Below, piece after piece: positions 52,066-59,525 of a stretch of DNA of 64,000 nt. Position numbers and translations under genes: made by a program. The notes under the pieces were generated by a model. That model saw only the letters and a list, made by a program, of their open reading frames with translations, did no database searches and had not been told where the DNA came from. Source of the DNA: Escherichia coli (GTDB lineage: Bacteria > Pseudomonadota > Gammaproteobacteria > Enterobacterales > Enterobacteriaceae); the NCBI RefSeq assembly GCF_003991155.1, contig NZ_CP031293.1; one strand, written 5' to 3'. Position 1 is the first letter of the stretch; each line of letters opens with the position of its first letter.

Positions 52066-52398
52066 TTAATGTGGTGTGCTTCGTGACAATAAATTAATAA
52101 CCAACACACCGGCACAAATCAACATCATGCCTATAATGGCTGGCAGGTCCAGCCGTTGGCCGAAAAATCCCCATGACAGTAAGCTAATCAGGACAATACC
52201 GACTCCTGACCAGATAGCATAAGCAATCCCTGTAGGAATATAAGCCAGCGTCTGAGCTAATAACCAGAATGATGCACAATAACAAATAATTGTACCAACA
52301 GATGGCCATAACCGTGTAAAACCTTCTGAAAACTTCATTAAGGTTGTACCAATGACCTCTGCAAGTATTGCACCACCAAGATAAATATAAGGGTTCAT
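52066..52398 (-). CDS. emrE: EmrE small multidrug resistance (SMR) transporter
   Basis: Trimmed to MNPYIYLGGAILAEVIGTTLMKFSEGF, giving 110 aa with four TM segments. Confidence 0.95.
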   Translation of the reverse strand: MNPYIYLGGAILAEVIGTTLMKFSEGFTRLWPSVGTIICYCASFWLLAQTLAYIPTGIAYAIWSGVGIVLISLLSWGFFGQRLDLPAIIGMMLICAGVLVINLLSRSTPH

Positions 52399-52465
52399 AG
52401 CATATTCTTTCCTGTTCAAACTGGAGAGAATTGTACTACAGTTTGAAATCAACTCACCTGTTTCA

Positions 52466-52768
52466 TCATTGTGTACCCATTGATGTTCTTTTATATACCC
52501 TCAATAAGCGTTTCATCGCGGCACTCTGGCGACACTCCTTAAAAATCAGATTCGTGCTCACCTTTCCTTCCCGTTCTTCTCTGGTAGCGAACCGGTAATA
52601 CACCGTTCGCCAGACCTTACCATCAACGACCAGGATTCCTGCCCGCGCCATTTTAGCCGCAGCCTGATTTATGCTGGTTACGGTTGCGCCTGTTACCGCG
52701 GCAACGTCCTGTGCACAGAAGCTCTTATGCGTCCCCAGGTAATGAATAATTGCCTCTTTGCCCGTCAT
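52466..52768 (-). CDS. ren: Ren (Rex-exclusion escape protein)
   Basis: 100 aa, MTGKEAIIHYLGTHKSFCAQDVAAVTGATVTSINQAAAKMARAG.... Directly follows P. Confidence 0.9.
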   Translation of the reverse strand: MTGKEAIIHYLGTHKSFCAQDVAAVTGATVTSINQAAAKMARAGILVVDGKVWRTVYYRFATREEREGKVSTNLIFKECRQSAAMKRLLRVYKRTSMGTQ

Positions 52769-53466
52769 ACACTTGCTCCTTTCAGTCCGAACTTAGCTTT
52801 AATTTCTGCGATCTTCGCCAGAGCCTGTGCACGATTTAGAGGTCTACCGCCCATAACAGGAAGTTGTTTTACTGGTTCAGGGATCGCCTCACCACGGTTA
52901 ATTCGCGCGGTCATACAAGTCAGTTCATCGGCAGCCTTGCGCCGTAATTCCGTATCAGTAAGCGCATTGGCCCGCATATTCTGGTACAGGCTAGTAACCA
53001 GCCAGTAGTGCGCGTTTGATTTCCACGGATAAGACTCTGCATCCGGATACAGGCCACGCTTCCGGCAATACTCGTAAACCATATCAACCAGCTCGCTGGC
53101 GTTTGGCAGTCCGGCAATAACGGATACTTCTTCACGGCACCATGCAACAAACTGCCCGGGTGATGGCAGGAATGGTCGATTCTGCCGACGGGCTACGCGC
53201 ATTCCTGCGTTAACCTGTTCCATTGTGGTGATCCCGTTTTCCCGGAAAGCCAGAACCCACTGGCGGCGGATTTCGTTCAGTTCGTTCTGGTCCCGGTTAG
53301 CCAGGCTCGCCGGGAAAGTTGCCAGTAACTGGCTGAACACACCATTGATGATCTGCGCTACCTGCTGTACCTGAGGCTTTTCGTCGTACTGTTCCGGCAT
53401 GTTGTTGGCGATCCGACGCATCTGCTCACGGTCAAAGTTAATCATCTGTGCGGCGATGTTTTTCAT
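52765..53466 (-). CDS. P: Replication protein P (DnaB loader)
   Basis: 233 aa, MKNIAAQMINFDREQMRRIANNMPEQYDEKPQVQQVAQII.... Confidence 0.95.
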   Translation of the reverse strand: MKNIAAQMINFDREQMRRIANNMPEQYDEKPQVQQVAQIINGVFSQLLATFPASLANRDQNELNEIRRQWVLAFRENGITTMEQVNAGMRVARRQNRPFLPSPGQFVAWCREEVSVIAGLPNASELVDMVYEYCRKRGLYPDAESYPWKSNAHYWLVTSLYQNMRANALTDTELRRKAADELTCMTARINRGEAIPEPVKQLPVMGGRPLNRAQALAKIAEIKAKFGLKGASV

Positions 53467-54392
53467 AAATCCACCCCGTAAATCCAGTCTGTGTTTGTCA
53501 GGTCGAGTTTTGGTTTGCTAGCTGTCACGCCTGCCTGTTGCTTGTTACGGTTGATTTCGAGTTGGGTCCACTTGTCGCGGAGTTTGGCCGGACTTAGCAC
53601 GTTACCGGACCAGAAGTTGTCCTGGCATGCCCAGCGGAACAGCACGCACATGTCGCGGTGGTTACGTCCGTCACGTTCACGCATCAGGCGGATATCGTTA
53701 GCCCACCCTGCAAAATTCGGTTTTCTGGCTGATGGCGCGATGGTCTTCACCATGTCAAACATCCACTCTGCGGCGGTCAGGTCTTCTGCTGTCCCCCACC
53801 TGCTGCCGCTCTGAATTGCAGCATCTGGTTTCTCCACAGGAAGGTCGTTTTCTGGCTGGTCAGAGGATTCGCCAGAATTCTCGGACGAAAAAGGTTTTAT
53901 ATTGTCTTTTGTTAGTTTGTCTTTTGTGTTTACCTGATTCGGGTAAACGTCTTTACCTGATTTGGGTAAACTTTTTTTACCTGATTCAGGTAAATTTACC
54001 TCTTTCAGGTAAACTTTATTTTTCTTACCTGATTCGGGTAATGTTGACCATTCACTGACCACATTATTAATGCCGATATTCCGCCCGCTCTGAATAAAAA
54101 TCCCACGCTTTACCAGAACACTTTTTGCAGCAGAACACTTGTGCGGCAATATCCCGGTTAACTCGGAAAGTTGCTCGTTGCTCACCCAATCCATTTTTTT
54201 ATTAAAGCCATATGTTTTGCGCATGACAGCCAGGAAGACCAGAAGCTGGTGCTGTGTTAATCCGGCCAGCATCACAGCTTCCAGCAACTCATTTGCAATG
54301 CGCGTATAACCATCATCGAGATCTGCCACGCGCCGCTCCTTTTGTGCCGCATCCGGCACTGGAAAATTGAATATCTCAGCAGTGTTTGCCAT
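53463..54392 (-). CDS. O: Replication initiator O (non-lambda N-terminal DNA-binding half, lambda-like C-terminal half)
   Basis: Trimmed to MANTAEIFNFPVPDAAQKERRVADLDDGY with a GGAGG SD. The C-terminal ...SSENSGESSDQPENDL...TNTDWIYGVDL is as in lambda O. Confidence 0.85.
   Translation of the reverse strand: MANTAEIFNFPVPDAAQKERRVADLDDGYTRIANELLEAVMLAGLTQHQLLVFLAVMRKTYGFNKKMDWVSNEQLSELTGILPHKCSAAKSVLVKRGIFIQSGRNIGINNVVSEWSTLPESGKKNKVYLKEVNLPESGKKSLPKSGKDVYPNQVNTKDKLTKDNIKPFSSENSGESSDQPENDLPVEKPDAAIQSGSRWGTAEDLTAAEWMFDMVKTIAPSARKPNFAGWANDIRLMRERDGRNHRDMCVLFRWACQDNFWSGNVLSPAKLRDKWTQLEINRNKQQAGVTASKPKLDLTNTDWIYGVDL
53930..54041. repeat. Replication origin iterons inside O (five copies), with an adjacent AT-rich tract at 53891-53928
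   Basis: TTACC-N7-GGTAA 17-mers begin at 53930, 53953, 53977, 53996 and 54025 (TTACCTGATTCGGGTAA and variants). Confidence 0.8.
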
Positions 54393-54478
54393 AATTCCTC
54401 CCGCAATGAGTGTGTTACGATTTGCACCTGAAAGTCGGTTCTGTTCCAGCAGACCGGCTTTCGCCATTTCTGAACCTG

Positions 54479-55018
54479 TCATATTGCCCCCAGCATGGTG
54501 GTGACCATCGCCATCAGTGGACCAGCCAGATCTGGGTCCACACGAAACATCGACACAATACCTTCACTAATTTCCTTCAGTTTCTGGTGGCGTGGTGCGT
54601 TGAGAATGACAGCCTGTTTTGCCTCACTGAGTTCCTTTTCCATTTCAGCCAACCTAGCCATAAAGCTATCCTGCTCAACCAGGTAACCGCGATATTCCAG
54701 CGGTAGTACCGCCAGAATTGCCGGGGTCAGTTCACGCACGTTATTTCGGTATTTTTCAGAATCGAATTTGTTATCGAGGAAGCGGAACAGCTTCTGGCGT
54801 GCACGGCTGACATCATCAGGGAAATCGATGGTGCCGCCGCCCAGCTCCCGATACTCATTCACAATGAGTGCGGCAACAACATCCTGATTATCTGCAGCCG
54901 ACCAGGCGCGAACGGCATCACGGATTTTTTCGTGGCCTGGCGCCTGTTTTGTTTGAGAACGATTTATCACCGCAGTCGGGGTAAATCCGCTAGTCTGTTG
55001 GTATGTAATTGGTTGCAT
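54479..55018 (-). CDS. YdaT-family protein in the cII position
   Basis: 179 aa. Alignable by eye to Rac YdaT (EY..GGG, L.PAILAVLP.E.R). Follows the YdaS-like cro. Confidence 0.6.
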   Translation of the reverse strand: MQPITYQQTSGFTPTAVINRSQTKQAPGHEKIRDAVRAWSAADNQDVVAALIVNEYRELGGGTIDFPDDVSRARQKLFRFLDNKFDSEKYRNNVRELTPAILAVLPLEYRGYLVEQDSFMARLAEMEKELSEAKQAVILNAPRHQKLKEISEGIVSMFRVDPDLAGPLMAMVTTMLGAI

Positions 55019-55041
55019 AATTGATTCCTTTAGTTTGAATT

Positions 55042-55087
55042 GACTGTTAATCAGTCTGTTAAGTTGATTGCTTATTGTTAAAGAGCG
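55042..55087 (-). promoter_or_regulatory. nutR-like site: boxA plus a small boxB-like hairpin
   Basis: Minus strand CGCTCTTTAACAA (55087-55075) lies 13 nt after the cro stop. GACTG-ATTAA-CAGTC (55056-55042) follows. Confidence 0.45.
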
Positions 55088-55099
55088 TGAAATGGAAAT

Positions 55100-55330
55100 T
55101 TAAGCTGCGTTCTTTTCGGTGTGTGGAAACAACTTCGGAAGATCCGGGCGAATCTGGTATGCCTTCACAACTCCACCAGTAGCCGTAACAATGCTGCCGA
55201 CATGTTCAGGGGATACCTTTGCTTTGTTGTGAAGCCACTTATAGACGGCCTGCTGTGAAACTTCGCAGGCATCGCCCAGTTTCTTTTGTGAACCAACTAT
55301 ATTGATCGCTGTTTTGATTGCTGGGTTCAT
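55100..55330 (-). CDS. cro: Cro-like HTH regulator (YdaS family)
   Basis: 76 aa with HTH KKLGDACEVSQQAVYKWL. Divergent from the CI repressor. GGAGG SD. Confidence 0.8.
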   Translation of the reverse strand: MNPAIKTAINIVGSQKKLGDACEVSQQAVYKWLHNKAKVSPEHVGSIVTATGGVVKAYQIRPDLPKLFPHTEKNAA

Positions 55331-55357
55331 AACAACCTCCGTGGTTAATCTGAACCA

Positions 55358-55386
55358 AGATTAAAACTATGGTTGTTTTTAGTCAA
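55358..55386 (-). promoter_or_regulatory. PR promoter (rightward early, drives cro)
   Basis: Minus strand TTGACT-17 nt-TAATCT, embedded in the 25-bp inverted repeat ATGGTTGTT-N7-AACAACCAT (55369-55393). Confidence 0.6.
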
Positions 55387-55399
55387 CAACCATTTTCGT

Positions 55400-55428
55400 T
55401 TGATGGAATAAAACCTTGGTTGTACATT
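55400..55428 (+). promoter_or_regulatory. PRM-like promoter giving a leaderless cI mRNA
   Basis: TTGATG-17 nt-TACATT. The -10 hexamer ends 6 nt before the cI ATG at 55435. No SD upstream of cI. Confidence 0.5.
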
Positions 55429-55434
55429 TGGTCT

Positions 55435-56124
55435 ATGAAAACAACACTCTCAGAAAGACTTAAAGAAGCCAGATCAGCGCGAGGCCTTACACAAAAGGCA
55501 CTTGGGGATTTGGTTGGGGTTAGCCAGGCTGCTATTCAGAAAATCGAAACAGGGAAAGCTAACCAAACAACTAAAATCGTGGAGATCGCGAACGCTTTGG
55601 GTGTGCGCGCAGAATGGTTATCTTCTGGCATTGGAAATATGTCAGACAGTACAGTGCAACCAATACAATCAACTCTCAGCCATTCCAAATACTTCAAGAT
55701 TGACGTTCTTGATATAGAAGTCAGTGCTGGGCCGGGAGTCATCAACCGTGAGTTTGTAGAAGTTCTACGCTCGGTTGAGTACTCGTTTGACGATGCTCGT
55801 CACATGTTCGATGGTAGGAAAGCGGAAAATATCCGCATCATTAACGTGCGTGGTGACAGCATGTCAGGAACGATCGAACCAGGTGATCTGCTGTTCGTTG
55901 ATATCACTGTTAAATCTTTCGACGGTGATGGTATCTATGCGTTTCTGTACGACGACACAGCCCATGTAAAGCGCCTGCAAATGATGAAGGATAAGCTGCT
56001 GGTCATCTCTGATAACAAAAGCTACTCACCGTGGGACCCGATCGAGAAAGACGAGATGAACCGGGTGTTCATCTTCGGTAAGGTTATTGGGAGCATGCCG
56101 CAGACGTACAGGAAACACGGATAA
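55435..56124 (+). CDS. cI: CI-type prophage repressor (HTH plus S24/LexA-like autopeptidase)
   Basis: Trimmed to MKTTLSERLKEARSARGLTQKALGDLVGVSQAAIQKIETG. The C-terminus has VRGDSMSGTIEPGDLLFV...AHVKRL (Ser/Lys dyad). Confidence 0.85.
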   Translation: MKTTLSERLKEARSARGLTQKALGDLVGVSQAAIQKIETGKANQTTKIVEIANALGVRAEWLSSGIGNMSDSTVQPIQSTLSHSKYFKIDVLDIEVSAGPGVINREFVEVLRSVEYSFDDARHMFDGRKAENIRIINVRGDSMSGTIEPGDLLFVDITVKSFDGDGIYAFLYDDTAHVKRLQMMKDKLLVISDNKSYSPWDPIEKDEMNRVFIFGKVIGSMPQTYRKHG

Positions 56125-56204
56125 TCAGCTGCGTGCTGATGAGGCTTTAGGGTAATGCGCTGAAAGAATTCTTTATAAAAATAACATTACGGGAAAGGCA
56201 AAAA

Positions 56205-56474
56205 ATGAGTGATAAAAAACTTATTAAAAAATCAAATAACTGTGTAGATGCATATGCTGATGCATTTGGATATTCATCTTTTGGGGAAGATGACGATCGC
56301 TTAGGCTCCATATCTTTCTTTCAGCATGTTACAGAATGGGACGCTGATGGTAGTAATGACACTGAAAGCGTAAAGTACAACATTGCAACAATTCGCATGA
56401 CGGAAGATTTAATGCTTAAACTCGCTGACTTTATTCGCGATCAGCATGATAGAGCTAAAACCAATAAGTCATAA
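56205..56474 (+). CDS. 89-aa acidic hypothetical protein downstream of cI
   Basis: GGAAAGG SD. Same strand as cI. AT-rich. No recognised motif. Confidence 0.5.
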   Translation: MSDKKLIKKSNNCVDAYADAFGYSSFGEDDDRLGSISFFQHVTEWDADGSNDTESVKYNIATIRMTEDLMLKLADFIRDQHDRAKTNKS

Positions 56475-56482
56475 TATTAACA

Positions 56483-56923
56483 ATGAAATACGGTTATTAC
56501 GAAGCTCCAAACCTAACTGAAAAGCTTGAACAAGCGGCAAGATCATCATCTTTGCACACCGCAGCATTTTCTCAATCAGCTGGTATGTCTGGCGATAATG
56601 TACCTATGCTACAATCAAGTGGTAGCGGTGGCTCTGGGAGTAATAATGTGCTTGAATCAAAAGTTGCAAAGCTTGAGTCTGATGTGTCCTACATCCGACG
56701 TGACGTTGATGAGCTTAAGACAGATGTCAAATCTATCGACAGAAACATGATCGCTGTTCTGGAGCGACTCGATTCAATAAAAGAGTCACTAGCCAAAAAA
56801 CCATCCATCGATGCTATCGATAAAAAGATTTCAGACGCAAAGCTTGCGGTATTGCTTGGTGTTCCAGCAATCATCGCTGCAGGAACAGGGCTTTATAAGC
56901 TATCAATGTACTTTTTTCTTTAG
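56483..56923 (+). CDS. 146-aa tail-anchored coiled-coil membrane protein of unknown function
   Basis: Gly/Ser linker SSGSGGSGSN, heptad-like LESKVAKLESDVSYIRRDVDELKTDVKSIDRNMIAVLERLDSIKESL, and C-terminal TM LAVLLGVPAIIAAGTGLYKL. Confidence 0.55.
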   Translation: MKYGYYEAPNLTEKLEQAARSSSLHTAAFSQSAGMSGDNVPMLQSSGSGGSGSNNVLESKVAKLESDVSYIRRDVDELKTDVKSIDRNMIAVLERLDSIKESLAKKPSIDAIDKKISDAKLAVLLGVPAIIAAGTGLYKLSMYFFL

Positions 56924-57002
56924 TGCTTAAGAAACTGCTCGCCACCTCGCATTAGGCAAAGCGATTTTTCATTCCCTATTACCCTTTCTTAACCAATCAT
57001 CT

Positions 57003-57031
57003 AAACCCGGCCCCGTGCCGGGTTTTCTTTT
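57003..57031 (+). terminator. Rho-independent terminator ending the cI-side transcription unit
   Basis: AACCCGGC-CCCGT-GCCGGGTT followed by TTCTTTT. Confidence 0.75.
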
Positions 57032-57158
57032 GCCCTCCCCTCATCACACACACCGTTAAAAAAACCACCATAACCTCGCTTCAGTTATCGCTATGCGATT
57101 CAAGTCACAAAATAAATCCATCCTAAATACAACCAGTTATATCTAAAACAACCAATAA

Positions 57159-57202
57159 AACAACTTTTGTTGTTGACGATAAAACAACTATAGTTTTAAA
57201 TA
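57159..57202 (+). promoter_or_regulatory. PL promoter with OL operators
   Basis: TTGACG (57173)-17 nt-TTAAAT. AACAAC-TTTT-GTTGTT palindrome at 57159-57174. The spacer AAAACAACTATAGTTTT nearly repeats the PR spacer. Confidence 0.6.
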
Positions 57203-57274
57203 AGTTCATCGCAACAACACAACGATACGGCAACCACCTGATTCACCGTTGCGATGACCGCTTAGATCCGCAGC

Positions 57275-57685
57275 TTGAATTTCAGCAGGCTCCGGGGAGT
57301 GCGAGGGGTGAAGCGGACGCGTGAACGTCGGTGTGACCAGCTGAAATCAACTCAACACTTCATACCTCAGTCGCTTCAACGAGGCGGCTTAGTTATGACA
57401 ACCGGCGGCCATCCACCGCCTGAATACGCGCAGAAGTCTCTATATGTTCAGCAGCCCAGCTTACGGGCAGGAGTTTTTATGGTTCATCAACATTACGGTA
57501 CGCAGACCGTTAATCGCGGTGCGGTCATGCCAGGAATGCTGGTCAAACACAAAGATGGTACCTGGACTGCATCGGCTAATTTACGCGGACGGCTTTATCT
57601 GCATCGCGGCGTCGAGCGCACTTATACCCGTGACTTGCTCGTGGAAATTTTTCTCGACGGACGCGGCAACGGCCTGAATCACTAA
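57275..57685 (+). CDS. ORF in the N position; possible N-like antiterminator, start uncertain
   Basis: First ORF after PL. Arg-rich [13 protein letters not shown] resembles N-type ARMs, but only TTG/GTG starts (57275, 57299, 57308) include it. ATG options at 57395 and 57479 exclude it. Confidence 0.3.
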   Translation: MNFSRLRGVRGVKRTRERRCDQLKSTQHFIPQSLQRGGLVMTTGGHPPPEYAQKSLYVQQPSLRAGVFMVHQHYGTQTVNRGAVMPGMLVKHKDGTWTASANLRGRLYLHRGVERTYTRDLLVEIFLDGRGNGLNH

Positions 57686-57760
57686 TCCCCTTTCCTGTTT
57701 TCCTAATCAGCCTGGCATTTCGCGGGCGATATTTTCACAGCCATTTTCAGGAGTTCAGCC

Positions 57761-58057
57761 ATGAACGCTTATTACATTCAGGATCGTCTTGAGGCTCAGA
57801 GCTGGGCACGTCACTACCAGCAGATCGCCCGTGAAGAGAAAGAGGCAGAACTGGCAGACGACATGGAAAAAGGCCTGCCCCAGCACCTGTTTGAATCGCT
57901 ATGCATCGATCATTTGCAACGCCACGGGGCCAGCAAAAAAGCCATTACCCGTGCGTTTGATGACGATGTTGAGTTTCAGGAGCGCATGGCAGAACACATC
58001 CGGTACATGGTTGAAACCATTGCTCACCACCAGGTTGATATTGATTCAGAGGTATAA
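57761..58057 (+). CDS. gam: Gam (RecBCD inhibitor, 98-aa GamS form)
   Basis: [44 protein letters not shown].... The upstream extension of lambda long Gam is interrupted by an in-frame TAA. Confidence 0.95.
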   Translation: MNAYYIQDRLEAQSWARHYQQIAREEKEAELADDMEKGLPQHLFESLCIDHLQRHGASKKAITRAFDDDVEFQERMAEHIRYMVETIAHHQVDIDSEV

Positions 58058-58062
58058 AACGG

Positions 58063-58848
58063 ATGAGTACAGCACTCGCAACGCTGGCTGGGAAGCTGGC
58101 TGAACGTGTCGGCATGGATTCAGTCGACCCACAGGAACTGATCACCACTCTTCGCCAGACGGCATTTAAAGGTGATGCCAGCGATGCGCAGTTCATCGCA
58201 TTGTTGATCGTCGCCAACCAGTACGGCCTTAATCCGTGGACGAAAGAAATTTACGCCTTCCCTGATAAGCAGAACGGCATCGTTCCGGTGGTGGGCGTTG
58301 ATGGCTGGTCCCGCATCATCAATGAAAACCAGCAGTTTGATGGCATGGACTTTGAGCAGGACAACGAATCCTGTACATGCCGAATTTACCGCAAGGACCG
58401 TAATCATCCGATCTGCGTTACCGAGTGGATGGATGAATGCCGCCGCGAACCATTCAAAACCCGCGAAGGCAGAGAAATCACGGGGCCGTGGCAGTCGCAT
58501 CCCAAACGGATGTTACGGCATAAAGCCATGATTCAGTGTGCCCGTCTGGCCTTCGGATTTGCTGGTATCTATGACAAGGATGAAGCCGAGCGCATTGTCG
58601 AAAATACCGCATACACTGCAGAACATCAGCCGGAACGCGACATCACTCCGGTTAACGATGAAACCATGCAGGAGATTAACACTCTGCTGATCGCCCTGGA
58701 TAAAACATGGGATGACGACTTATTGCCGCTCTGTTCCCAGATATTTCGCCGCGACATTCGCGCATCGTCAGAACTGACACAGGCCGAAGCAGTGAAAGCT
58801 CTTGGATTCCTGAAACAGAAAGCCACTGAGCAGAAGGTGGCAGCATGA
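58063..58848 (+). CDS. bet: Bet single-strand annealing recombinase
   Basis: 261 aa, [44 protein letters not shown].... Confidence 0.95.
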   Translation: MSTALATLAGKLAERVGMDSVDPQELITTLRQTAFKGDASDAQFIALLIVANQYGLNPWTKEIYAFPDKQNGIVPVVGVDGWSRIINENQQFDGMDFEQDNESCTCRIYRKDRNHPICVTEWMDECRREPFKTREGREITGPWQSHPKRMLRHKAMIQCARLAFGFAGIYDKDEAERIVENTAYTAEHQPERDITPVNDETMQEINTLLIALDKTWDDDLLPLCSQIFRRDIRASSELTQAEAVKALGFLKQKATEQKVAA

Positions 58849-59525
58849 CACCGGACATTATCCTGCAGCGTACCGGGATCGACGTGAGAGCTGTCGAACA
58901 GGGGGATGATGCATGGCACAAATTACGGCTCGGCGTCATCACCGCTTCAGAAGTTCACAACGTGATAGCAAAGCCCCGCTCAGGAAAGAAGTGGCCTGAC
59001 ATGAAAATGTCCTACTTCCACACCCTGCTGGCTGAGGTTTGCACCGGTGTGGCTCCGGAAGTTAATGCTAAGGCGCTGGCATGGGGAAAACAGTACGAGA
59101 ACGACGCCAGAACTCTGTTTGAATTCACTTCCGGCGTGAATGTTACTGAATCCCCGATCATCTATCGCGACGAAAGTATGCGCACCGCCTGCTCTCCCGA
59201 TGGTTTATGCAGTGACGGCAATGGCCTTGAGCTGAAATGCCCGTTTACCTCCCGGGATTTCATGAAGTTCCGGCTCGGTGGTTTCGAGGCCATAAAATCG
59301 GCTTACATGGCCCAGGTGCAGTACAGCATGTGGGTGACGCGAAAAGATGCCTGGTACTTTTCCAACTATGACCCGCGTATGAAGCGTGAAGGCCTGCATT
59401 ATGTCGTGGTTGAGCGGGATGAAAAGTACATGGCGAGTTTTGACGAGATGGTGCCGGAGTTCATCGAAAAAATGGACGAGGCACTGGCTGAAATTGGTTT
59501 TGTATTTGGGGAGCAATGGCGATGA
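58845..59525 (+). CDS. exo: Exo (lambda 5'-3' exonuclease)
   Basis: 226 aa, [49 protein letters not shown].... Confidence 0.95.
   Translation: MTPDIILQRTGIDVRAVEQGDDAWHKLRLGVITASEVHNVIAKPRSGKKWPDMKMSYFHTLLAEVCTGVAPEVNAKALAWGKQYENDARTLFEFTSGVNVTESPIIYRDESMRTACSPDGLCSDGNGLELKCPFTSRDFMKFRLGGFEAIKSAYMAQVQYSMWVTRKDAWYFSNYDPRMKREGLHYVVVERDEKYMASFDEMVPEFIEKMDEALAEIGFVFGEQWR

Noticed and set aside
52414-52446. The 9-bp stem TTCAAACTG...CAGTTTGAA between ren and emrE, considered as a terminator or attenuator.
   Set aside because: The stem is AT-rich with a 15-nt loop and no T-run. It overlaps the emrE SD region, so function is possible but unsupported. I do not call it.
53930-54041. Regularly spaced short repeats that could superficially suggest a mini CRISPR array.
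   Set aside because: The repeats are 17-bp dyads spaced 19-29 bp apart, inside the O coding frame and next to an AT-rich tract. That is the classic lambdoid ori iteron layout. There is no leader, no cas genes and no unique spacers of CRISPR size.
57686-57760. A possible long (138-aa) Gam isoform starting upstream of 57761.
   Set aside because: The upstream frame resembles the lambda long-Gam N-terminus (..SPFLFS..) but contains an in-frame TAA. Only the 98-aa GamS-type ORF is intact.
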